This document shows positions 23,501 to 34,777 of a DNA stretch of 64,000 bases, one piece after another. Location of the stretch: assembly GCA_044892525.1 (NCBI GenBank), contig CM097887.1:55552001-55616000 (forward strand), written 5' to 3'. The notes under the pieces are model-generated. The model did not search any database. It saw only the letters and a list, made by a program, of their open reading frames with translations, and had not been told where the DNA came from. Made by a program: the position numbers and the translations under genes. The stretch is from Schmidtea polychroa. Lineage: Eukaryota. Positions within the stretch are counted from its first letter, which is position 1, and each line of letters starts with the position of its first letter.

Positions 23501-24638
23501 CTTCTTCTGTTGGGGCTTTATATTCTGCTTCTTCTAATATTAAAAGATCTATTTCACGGTTTTTATCTTGATCTAATAATTCTTTATTTGAAATGTAGAT
23601 TGGAATGATATGTTTCTTAAAACCATAATGTTTATGGTGAATATATTCATAAACATTAATTTTAACATTATTCAAGATTTCAAATGTTGGTATATCTTTA
23701 ATTTTCATTGTATGTTCAAAATCTTCTAGATATCTCAACTCATCCTCATAGGGTTTGTATTTTGATACTCTTTGAGGGTTTGTAGCTTGTGGATGTAAAT
23801 GTGCCAGGACTGCCCATTGAAAACATTTGTTATCACTATTTTCTACGTTTATAACACAGTTTGAACGAAAGGGTGTAGGGATGTATGATTTAGGACTTGG
23901 AGGTGCTGCTCTCCAATATTCTATTTGTATATTTTGAAATGAATGGAATCTTAAATCCGATTCCCCTAATTCTTGTTCTTGAGCTTCTTGAACTTCATGA
24001 ATCATATCATTAATAATTTTATTAATCCCTTTAGTTGAATGCAAATATTTATATGATGTTTCGATATAAGAGTCTAAAGGAACTGTATTTACATCTTCTC
24101 CTCTCCAATATCTAGCCAGGATTATAATTTTATATTTTATAATATTAAATCTCGATTTGCCAAATTTCTTTATAGCATCATCCATTGAATTTTTTATATT
24201 TTGTTTGTTTTTCTTTACATATTCCGAGGCTGATGAATCTTTAAATATTTCTTCAAATATATCTATATGATTAAAGTTGTCCCAATTATATTTTTCTTTT
24301 TCAATATGTTCAGGTTCTTCTTCTTCATAGACTTCTTCCTTATCGCTTTCTATATTCTCTATTGTACATTTTTTTAGATGTTTTATATAATAAGATTCTA
24401 TAGATGTTTTAAAATTACATATACCACATTCGAATTTTTTTCTAATTTTAGGAATACCAATACAATTTATAAAATGTCGATCGTATCCAGAAAGTAAAAA
24501 TCTTTCTTTACATTTAGTACAAATTTTTGAGTTGGTGTTATTTAGTTGGTTGGTTTTTAATAAATGAGCTTTTGATCTTTGATGAGATATTAATGCTGAT
24601 CTATTTTTAAAAGTTTTTTCACACGCTTCACAATTCAT
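20588..24638 (-). pseudogene. Protein-primed family B DNA polymerase (pPolB) with N-terminal Zn fingers; internal deletion/frameshift near 22800 and a TAG at 20978-80
   Basis: YIPTP...CVINVENSDNKCFQWAV; KGIYPYDY; YLSLDVYILADCFE; YVDATALYG (motif A); KLLNNAVFGK (motif B); MDTDS (motif C); ISLSNYDDKR. ORF 20588-20899 is in frame with 20978-22804 across a single TAG. Confidence 0.93.
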
Positions 24639-24691
24639 TTTTTAAAAATATTTTTTTATTGGAGTGGGGTGTTTTGAATTTTTAAAATATA

Positions 24692-24959
24692 TATTTATAA
24701 ATTAGCAAACTACGCTACTTGCTATATAGTAGTGTATAAACCTTGCACCCGATCCACAACTCCATTTTTAAGAGCTTCCCTTCCATAATTCAACACAAGA
24801 GGGTGGTTGTTTTTGAAAATATAGGGTGAAAAGGATGAAAAGACTTGAAAAAACTGTTAGATTTTTATATAAAAGTGTAATTTTTAAAGGTATGGAAAGG
24901 TATGGATTTGGTGATCTTTAAGGGGTGGGGGTGGTCGGGTGCAAGGTTTATACACTACT
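24692..24959 (-). repeat. Right Polinton TIR (268 bp)
   Basis: Inverted copy of 11187-11454. The pPolB ATG is at 24638, just inside. Confidence 0.95.
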
Positions 24960-27479
24960 TATGTGTCTTTCAAAATTATTATTATTCTTATAGTGTTGGG
25001 CTAGAACTGATTTCTAGACCCAAATTATAATTGTGACTGAAATGTGTAGGTACACAACATGCAAAAAAGCAAAAAGTATAGCTAAATATTAAAAACTACA
25101 CCAAATAAACAATGGTAATTAAAGGAGAAAGCAACAAAAAATAAACACAGAAATTAAATAAAATTATACAAAAGCAAGAAGTTATGCAAAATCTAACTCA
25201 AAAATAACCAAATAAACATAGAGTTACAAAAAACAAACTCGAATAACTTAAAAGATGGTAAAAACAGTAAAAAATTCAGAAAAACCCAGAACATTCCAAA
25301 AAATGGCGATGACCATCATAAAAGCTACCTTAAACAATAAAATTTAGGAAAAAATAAATAAATTAGTAATAAAAATAAAAAATATTAAAAAGAAATTCAT
25401 AAAACATCAATTAAAATAAAAATTAAATTAAAAGTAATATAGAATGTTCTGGAACCGTTCCAAATCCATCATGGACGTAAAATTAATGAAAAATAATTAA
25501 AAATTTAAAATTTAAAAATAAAAATAAATATTATGGCACAAAAATTGCCATTAAAAATATCAAAATCGCAAAATAGAAAATTCTGGAATAAAAAGAATTC
25601 GAGTTTGTTTTAATGCATCAATACATACACGTAAAATACCATTAAAATAGGTATATATACTGACACGTTTCAGTCACAATCAATCACTTTTATGCCAATA
25701 TTTTTGTTGACGAAAATTTTGCCGAAAAATTAATAGTAGGTATTTTTGATTGATATATGTTTTATCTATGATTAATCACGTATGTAATTATTTCAATTTA
25801 AACCATTTTTAATTAGAATATTGTTAAGATCTATTTTTTTTTACTTTTTAAATACGACTGATCAGCGACGTCTTAGTGCGTCTCTATTTAGTCCTACATT
25901 TGATGGTAATGAATTTTTCTAAAATGAAACATGCAGAATTGCACTATCATTAATATATATATATTTTTTTGTTCGGTCATCGGAGGTCGGCCACTTCATG
26001 GTTCTGCCATGGAGTTGTGTCGATAAAACCCTTCCGCTATGGCTCCAACTATTTATTTATCGGTCGACAGTGATGTTTCGAATCAATATTACAGTAGGGC
26101 TTGTCGTAGCGGTCACAGTGGGGCCGCGTAAGCAAGCATTCTTCCCAAGTTCGAAGGCAGTACACAATTAAACTCAACATTAAAAATCTCGTACAATAGT
26201 TTTACACTAAGGTCATAATTGAGTAGATCTCAGGCCCAAATTAAACACAGCAATTAGAATTCAATTAATGTAGTCGGTTAAGACCTCTCCACTTAGGCGT
26301 TTGTCGAACATCGTTAGTAAATAAAAATTTTTGTAAAGACGTAAGGATTTCTCTCGGATCTAATTATGATGATAGCATCTCGAAGTTCGACAAGCGTAAA
26401 GGATGGAATAGATTCAATTAAGTATAAAACCCCCAGCGAGTAGTATATATCTTTATCTCAGGATTAAAATGTAGTATTGCCAATACCCAAATCGATCAGG
26501 AGTTAGGGTCATATTATAGAAATAACTAACTTCTTTTATTTTTCCACTTATAAATCAATATGAATGAAGTGTTATTAGTTTAGAAAATGTAATATCATCA
26601 ATTATGAACTATTATCGATAAAATCTTTTCAATTTATAAAATAAAATGTTTGATGTGAATGTCTATTCAACTATAAAGTTATATTAGCAACTATAACATA
26701 GATATGCGTGATCCTAACTAACTATTCAATTCATCCCTCAATTAGGAATTACAATCGGGAAACTCGTATAAAATTGTAAATGATTTTATTGATAAATGAT
26801 AAATCATACTTGAGTTCATATACCAGGTCTAAACTAAAAGTCTTCCGCAATCAGTTAACTATGAGGGTATACTTGTTAGATTATATATAAAGCATGAATT
26901 AAAGATACACTCTGATCGTCAAACTACTAGATATATATTGGTTAAATTATAAAAAGTGATTATAATTATGTATATAATATAAGTCAAAATATGCTCTAAT
27001 CATTAAACCATAAGATAAGGATTAGTTAAATTAAAAATTATGACTATAAACTATGTATAAAATATAAACCAAAAATATACCAAACTATAAAGTACCTATC
27101 AGTTAAAAATATAACTACAAATTATTTATAAAAAAAGAAAAAATTTAAAAATTATAAAATAGAATTTGTATATAAAGTGTAAATCAAAAGTATTCTCTGA
27201 TTGTGAATTCTAAATTATATCATAAAATATAATCTTATGCTAATTTTGAAACCTGACTTATAAATATGAGAGGCTATGTATAGATTGTATATGTACGATG
27301 ATAATACAATATAAGCCCTAAACCCAAAATACGACATATAAATGGTAACTGTATCTCGATTATTAACTATAAATGATAAATAGTTATCTTAATTATAAAA
27401 AGTATAAATGATAAACGGTTATCTTAATTATAAAAATACAATCTAAAAATAATTATACATAAAATTTTAATTATAGAAA

Positions 27480-29286
27480 TGTTGGGCTAGAACCGAGAAT
27501 CGAGAGCTTGTTTTAATGAATCAAAAATACATAACAAAAAAATCGCACGAAGTTAAATTAAAACACTAATCAATACAAATTAAAGTACATAACACATTGA
27601 TGATAAATAAGACCCGGGTGAAAAAATAAAGGAATGAAAAAAAAGGTCGCAATCACTAACACAATTAGGAGAAACATCACATTCGGAATAGCTAACCACT
27701 AAGAAATAAAATAATAATAAATAAAATAATGGGTAATGAATTAATTAATAATATGGAAAATTTCTAAATAAATAAATTTAAAATTTAAAATAAATTATCT
27801 AGTAAACTGGAGAAATAATAAAAAATGTAGAATGAAAGTAGTAAAATTAGATAAACCATAAAATTTATAAAACTAAAACTAAAAATAAAACCAACAAATT
27901 ATTTAAATTATACAACTTATAAAACCAAATTGTTTAAATTAATGAAACTAAAGTAAAATTAACTGAACTTATTTAAATTACAAAACTTGTAAAACTAAAT
28001 TAAAATTAGCAAAAAACTATTTTGATTATAGAATTTATAAAAATAAATCTTAAAAGTTAATAAAAATTAGAATTTTGAATACCTAAATTAATTAAATTAA
28101 AAAACAATAATTGCACACATGCATGCATGCATGCAAAAATTAATCAGAATTGCCTCGCATTCTAATTGGATATAGTAGCAGAGAATGCGTAGGCGTACAA
28201 TTCAATCAGTATAAATACAGATTGAAATTTCAGTTGTTCAACTTGTTAAATTAGTTTTCAGTTTTACACAACAAATCGTTTGTCAGGTAACGAACATATG
28301 CTCTCAATTTTCGATTTTATGCCCTTGTGGATTGGACTGGTAATTTTATTTTAATGTGAAATTTTAGGTAATGTTTTAAGTTAAATAAATTTTATATTCA
28401 ATTTAGTTTAGTTTTTTTTATTATTGTTTAATTCCATTTAGTTTCAAGTTTGAAATAATAGTTTTTATTGAGTTTATTTATATTATTTGTTGATTGTGAA
28501 CGATAGTAACGTGGAGTTGAGGAACTTCATGTCATGACATGAGGTGCCTTCGGGAGCTCAGCCGGTGGACATGAGGTTCTTCAATCACGCAGCTGGATTG
28601 GGCCGAAATGTGGGGGCTTCCTCACGGGTCCTATCGCTGGAAGTACTTTGGCCAAACATAGGTTAGGACTGAGAATACAGGCAGATCCCTGCTCAAATTT
28701 TTTGAAGTACAATTTAAATATTATGGGAAGCGCGGATTAACTTGGAAATAAGGGCCAATCCCTGCTCAAATTTTTCAAAGGATAATTTAGATATTGTAGG
28801 AAGTGTAGAACAATAATTATTAGCTGGAAAATAAGGGCCAATCCCTGCTCAAATTTTTTTTTGCGAGAAAGTTTAAATATTCATAAATATCAAAAGAAAT
28901 ACCTAGCAACCTTTATTAATAGAAAAATAAGGGCGCATCCCTGCACAAAATTTTGAAAAGAAAACAATAGAAAACAACTAGAAATGAAGACCATAACCGA
29001 ATGAGATAGAAAAGTAAAAATAGAAAATGATCAATGACGTAAGACCTTCTATCGGCCGTCTAGAACCCGAAGAGAAAATACAATGGGGAGTAGTTTTAGC
29101 AATAGAGCTCACCTGCTCATTGTTTTTTCGCCTTTGTGTACAGTACCAACATGGTCGTCGCCATGGGTACACAAATGGTTAAATTGCAATAGTCATGGAG
29201 GTGCTTAGGAAAGAGTCGAGTGAATATATATGATTACCCCTAATGCATTTAAAAATTTAAAATGACACACCCCTAAGTAACCAACA
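27480..29286 (+). mobile_element. Element C: 1.8-kb solo-LTR-like relative nested in the AT array of A
   Basis: GAAA|TGTTGG...CCAACA|GAAA, with perfect 6-bp inverted termini and a 4-bp TSD. Removing it restores the array unit. Confidence 0.85.
28675..28955 (+). repeat. Four dispersed direct repeats (AAATAAGGGCCA)ATCCCTGCTCAAATTTT in element C
   Basis: TCCCTG cores at 28686, 28759, 28842 and 28938. Confidence 0.8.
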
Positions 29287-31466
29287 GAAATATAATTTAT
29301 AAATAGTTATATATAACTCTGAATTTAAAATATAAAGTATAAATACTCATTGGAAATTATTAAAATATAATCTATAAAGAATCATACCTAAAATTTTGTA
29401 AGAATATAATTTATCAATAGTTATGTGCAAATCCGAGTTTAAAAATATAACGTATAAATGGTTATATGTAAATTATCAATGTATCTTAATTATAAAATAC
29501 GATCTACAAATGATTATACATAAAATTTTGGCTATGAAAATATAATTTCTAAATAGTTATGTATAAATTTGGATTTAAGAATATAAATTATAAATAGTTA
29601 CATATAATCATATATATACATGGACCTTAAAAATATAAACTATAAATAGTTAGGAATAAATTTTACTTACAAAAATATAAATTATAAATAATTATGTAAA
29701 AATTTTGATTATAAAATATAAAGTATAAATAGTTATATATAAATTATATACGGATATTGATCATAAAAACATAATCTATAAATAGTTACGAATAAATTTT
29801 ACGTACAAAATATAAATTATAAATGATTATATATAAATTTTGATTACGGAATATAAAATATAAATAGTTGGTTATAAATTATATAGGTATATGGATGGTT
29901 ACGGATTAATTTTACGTACAAAAATATCAACTATAGACGATTATATATAAATTTGGATTATAAAAATATAATTTATGACTAGTAATATATAAATTATAAA
30001 TGTAGTGTGTCTATAAACCCTAATTATAAACAGTCATATATAACCTCTGATCTTAAAAAACACGAATTCTGGATAGTTATTTAGAGTTACTAATGCAACT
30101 AGATTATAAGAGAAAAACCAGGGATAATTATATATATAAATTATGTATGGATCTGGATTATCGAGATTGAAATTCTAAATAGTATTATAAAATTATGTGT
30201 AAGAATGCAAATTACAAGTTTGTATTTTGACTAGAACCTAAATTATAAATACCTAAACTATGAACTGTATTTCTCTCCAAGATATAATTCATGATTACTT
30301 ATATTATATGAACTACCTCTACCGATTAAGGATAAATTATAATCCATAAATGAGTGCTGTTCCTGAAACGCAAAAAAATTTTTTTTCAAGGATATCACTG
30401 TATGCTAGCTGAACCTTACAAAATAAGTATTGGCATTTGCTATGATTAAGATCATCACTAGCACTGTTATTCCTATCTCTATCGCTCCCCATAATTACCG
30501 TTATCCTGAATATCATCATAATTCCCCTTACTGCATTACAAATTAGTTACAATAATTGTTAGCATAAAATCAGATTTGTACCACAAAATTTAGCTTACCT
30601 TGAAAAATGGGAAATTGCATATCCAAGCATTTAGTGTACGAACATAGAAGTAAAATCCCAACTAAAACACGCAGCCATGAGTAGGCTTCTTTGGGAGGAA
30701 ACCAGCAGGGTGAACGCTACCGATGCGAACTCGGCATTGGAATTTCATGAAAGCTGGGCATAAATCCACGATTTCAGGTAAGTTAAGGGGCATTTTTGAT
30801 TACAATATCACCGTAGCATTGAAATTGATATTCGTCCGGAAATGGACCAAACAACCTAAAATTCGTATAAAACGGTCACACTGAATATGACAACCCGGTC
30901 TAAGTGAGGATGAGGTGGGAAACTAAGCTCCAACAGCTCACCCAGCACCAACGGGGCTGGTTGATTCAGTAGTTAAATAATTAGCATAAAATAAAATATT
31001 ATGTCGATGACATAACAAACATTAAAAATAAACCATAGAATTTTCAATAATTAGGTTAGATAAACAAAGTGCAAATTTTTTTTTAAAAATATAAAAGTTG
31101 ATTTGCTGAATTAACACGGTCAAATAGAATTAGATCTTCAGAAATTAATTTTTGTTATTTTTTTTTATTTAACTGTGAATTTGGTAGAGTATTTGCGGTA
31201 CTGATTTAACAGTGGAAAAAGAAAATTTTTAATTTATAAATTACATAACGGATTAATAACCGAGATTTAAATCAATATACGCTCAATTTAGCAAAATCCA
31301 TAATTCCCCCACAATCTATAACGCGGATTATGATAAGACGATCCACAAATGGACCCACTCATCATTTTTGCGACTTAGTCGAATGGATAGACCATAGAAA
31401 CGAAATTCCGAACATACCAAAAATTGATACTAATATCTCCTTTAATTGGGCTTATTTAATAGCAGA

Positions 31467-31829
31467 ATGTCTCAAACAAGTGGACCCGACGAAGTGGAAT
31501 ACAGGCAGATGATCACGCGGCTCCGGACCCGGTACATCTGGTACCGGATCCACGATTGGAATCGGGGGTTGGACCTGGATAATTATGGTCCGGTCATTCG
31601 AAGTGGCCCAGAGCCCGACGCCCCGGCGTGGGTGAAAACAGAGCCCACCAACAATGTGTTACGAGAAGCCCGCGATCGAGCGGCCATCGAGGTAGAAGTG
31701 GCCCAGATGCGGCTGAGGAGACTCGAACTCCAGCTCAGAGCCGAAGCAGAGGGAGTAACCCCCGAGGAGCTGGAGGAGGCAGATACCCCTCCACGAAAAC
31801 GAGGGAGGCCCCGGAAGAACCCGGCCTAA
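31467..31829 (+). CDS. Element ORF1: 120-aa protein with a coiled coil and a C-terminal AT-hook
   Basis: The ATG at 31467 aligns with the ATG at 61584. C-terminus PRKRGRPRK. Paralogous to 61584-61949. Confidence 0.8.
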   Translation: MSQTSGPDEVEYRQMITRLRTRYIWYRIHDWNRGLDLDNYGPVIRSGPEPDAPAWVKTEPTNNVLREARDRAAIEVEVAQMRLRRLELQLRAEAEGVTPEELEEADTPPRKRGRPRKNPA

Positions 31830-32062
31830 CTTATCGGTAGTGATAATTCGGACGAAACTATTTGATTGATATACTTTAGCGATACTGTGTTGCGTTTGAT
31901 ATTTTGTGGTTTTTGTAGCAATTATGACGAATTGTAGAAATTTTTATTATTAAAACTTTTACATTATAGTTTGTCGTGCGTATTCATCGTGTAATAAATC
32001 ATCTTTTAGTCATTACATAGAAGTCTTTTCAGCTTTTTAACTATTTTTCAGGAACCATTAAA

Positions 32063-33699
32063 ATGTCGAAGGATCTCCGAATAGCATGCTGGGATTGTAT
32101 TTGCTCCAATATTCGAGATATAAGCCAAAGTACTTATACATATGCTGACAAGCTTATCTCTGGAAGTTTTGTCATTGAAAACTTGGTCCGAGAACAGCAT
32201 ATAGACTTCCTAGATGCATTCGAAGCAGCCATAAAAATATGGCAATCTAACGTAAATTATAATCAGAATTACCTTTCCTTTATGAATAATGATTCGTTAG
32301 AAAAACATGCTTTTTTTAATAAAAATGTTAATTTTAAAGAAAAATTTAAAGAAAATGTTAATTATAATAAAAACCCTAATAATTTTAAAAAAACCTTAAA
32401 AAAAATTAATATAAGTAATGAAAATTTTATTAAAAAACAAGTTATTAAAAATAAAAACGTGAAAACCCTTGATATTAAAAACGTGAAAAATTTACAATTT
32501 TTTGAAAAGAAGCATGTTAATTATTTCCTTAATGATTGTAGAAAATTTTATAAAAATAAAAAAGCTAGAAATAAAAAACGAAAAAAATTAAAGAAAAAAC
32601 AAATTCAGAATAATTTGTTTAAATTTTCCTCAAAAACCAGATCCGATGACAACGATAAAAATTTTTTTCGTCCTCCTTCGGAGGATAACAGATACCACTA
32701 AAAAACCTCTGTATGCTAAACCAAAACAAACCATCAAATTATGGAACCCCAAATCATCTATCTATATAAATTTACCAAGACCACACTACGCTTGTCCTAT
32801 TCCAATTAAACCACTTAATAATCAAGAAATCTTTAATCGTAGGAAATGTAAAATTAAACATAATATGCGTTTTGAATACCTCATAACAAATGCGGAACCA
32901 ATTTGGTCAGAAGCCATCATCAGCAATACCAATGAACCAGATGCTAAAATATCCAATCATAATGACTTAGATGAAAATAACATCAACCCTATAGAAGATA
33001 GCCGGATAAAAAATGACTCTTATTTAACAGCTTATCTAACAGCTAAAAAAATAATAACTCCAGCATAATTAATACTGATAATACCAAACTAATACCGGAA
33101 ACTTCTGACGATAGCACTATAGAAAATGACTCTTATTTAACAGCTTATCTAACAGCTAAAAAGAATACATCCAAAGTAACCACTGTAAACCAAGTTAATA
33201 CTGATAATAACAAATTAATTCCCCAAACCTCAGAACTAGATAACTTTTTTCTAAATTAATAAACACTATTCTAAGGAATGGTGGCAATGATAGCATAATT
33301 GAAAATGAAAATAATAGTGACAAAAACATCTACCTATTAGAAGATAGCTCTATTGAAAGGGACTCTTATCTAAAAATAGGGCAATCTAACAATGGATATG
33401 CCTTACCTATAATAAATAACTACAGAGGAAGCTTTAGTTTTTCGGATATAGGTAGAATGAAACTGCGCGTTTTAAACAGAGATAGCACAAGTGAAAATAA
33501 AAATGATAGTGACGATTGTATAACCAAACCAGAAAATGATAAAGATGACGAATATGAAACTCATTTAGAATCCGATGCCAATAAAGTTAAAATGATACCA
33601 AAATTAAAAGAAACTCCAAAAAATAATATATCGCCAAATGCTCATAAAAAAAACCCTATCAAAGCTAATAACAAAAAGAAGAAGGGAAAACGTCATTAA
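32063..33699 (+). pseudogene. Cargo ORF unique to element A: Lys/Asn-rich, frameshifted, internally repeated
   Basis: ORFs 32063-32701, 32646-33068 and 33457-33699 lie in tandem. NDSYLTAYLTAKK is repeated at ~33015 and ~33125. Absent from element B. Confidence 0.45.
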
Positions 33700-34337
33700 G
33701 AGTGTATATTATCAATAGGTCAATGTAGGAGTCCTTGTATGGGCTCCGCCTAACTGATAATACCTTTTTAGTAGTTAATATTTGTAATATAAAATCTTTC
33801 CTTTAAAACCACCTTACCTTAAAACACCATTCCTTCCAATCCATACTATAATATATTGTATAATATCTGACGGCTACAAAAATCGCAAATGGAGTCTTCT
33901 TACTCCGAAGTATTAAATTCATTTAGATATGTATGGACACGGAATGCTTGCTGATAGAATACTTTATGGAGAACCGCGTTTGATGCCAGAATTCGAGGAC
34001 TGATACTGTGAAAGAAAGAACTAAGCCAACGCTTGCTGATTGGTGATAAAATACTTAGAAAAAACCACGTTTGATGCCAGAGTTCCTAACTCCAGCATCC
34101 AAAGAGAATACACATAAAAATTTCAGTTTATTTAAGGGTGAGAACCGTTCTCCCCTTCGGCCTTGTGCCAGTTCGATTTACATAAAATAAAATTTGATTT
34201 TTTTTTTATTGCGTATGGGGTGTCTCCAGGGACGAGATGACCCTCCCTATCCTTCATCTATTAATTCATGCAATTAATCGAATCACTTTTACGCATATGG
34301 AAGCTAGTTATGGAACTTCATTATTATCTTCATTTAG

Positions 34338-34777
34338 TGTACAAATTCCTCGAAAATCTACGAAAAGACCGCGAACAGGCCCAGCAACAAGCCGAAGACC
34401 TTCGAAGTCGAGTCGAGAAGCTCAAAACCAAGTGCCGAGAACTCGAAGGTACTTGGTTCAGTCCAGCTGAGATGAAGAAACGGACAACACACATCTCACA
34501 ACTCCAGACCCAAGCGGAGCAGGATCAACTCGAAATCCGAGCGTTGAAGCTACAAGTACGCTCGCTCGAGAGCAAACTGAACGAAAAGTTCATCCAGAAC
34601 GCTCTCCGAGAGCAGATTCGTCCACTTCCGGTGGAGCTGGCCAAGATATACCCACCTGCCCAGGCAAGCAAGCCGAAACGTAAGCGGCTAGGGCGGAATA
34701 CCCGGGAAAAATTGAAAAGGGCCTGGCTGGCCGAGCAAGAAAAAGCGAAAGAGCCTGAAGCCACTCCACAATCCTGA
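34338..34777 (+). CDS. Element ORF2: coiled-coil protein with a basic C-terminal patch, probably entered through a splice acceptor
   Basis: ENLRKDREQAQQQAEDLRSRVEKLK...WFSP...EIRALKLQVRSLE...KPKRKRLGRN. Similarity to B begins exactly after AG at 34336-37. Confidence 0.75.

Larger units (their letters stand above)
11187..24959. mobile_element. Polinton/Maverick (adintovirus-like endogenous virus), 13,773 bp, degenerating
   Basis: Termini are AGTAGT...ACTACT with 268-bp TIRs. It carries the diagnostic gene set: pPolB, rve integrase, A32-like ATPase, adenain-like protease, and major and minor capsid proteins. Confidence 0.96.
26900..30340. repeat. Degenerate ~41/52-bp AT-rich tandem array in element A (interrupted by C)
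   Basis: Recurrent unit AAAATATAA-NNTATAAATAGTTA-TATATAAATTTTG. Confidence 0.75.

Noticed and set aside
12763-24638. Alternative genetic code or stop read-through explaining the many in-frame stops in the Polinton
   Set aside because: The stops are mixed (TAG, TAA, TGA) at positions expecting different residues and coexist with frameshifts and a deletion. Neutral decay explains them, and LIN52 translates cleanly with the standard code.
25655-25695. Hammerhead-ribozyme-like GAC(C/T)GAAACGTGTCAG on the minus strand (also 58425-58455)
   Set aside because: It has the GAAAC...GTC half, but the required upstream CUGANGA core is absent (GTGATTGA / GTGATTTA). Reported only as an inverted repeat.
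26900-30340. CRISPR-like or telomeric array
   Set aside because: The repeats are degenerate with no constant repeat plus unique spacer structure, the context is eukaryotic, and there is no G-rich telomere motif.
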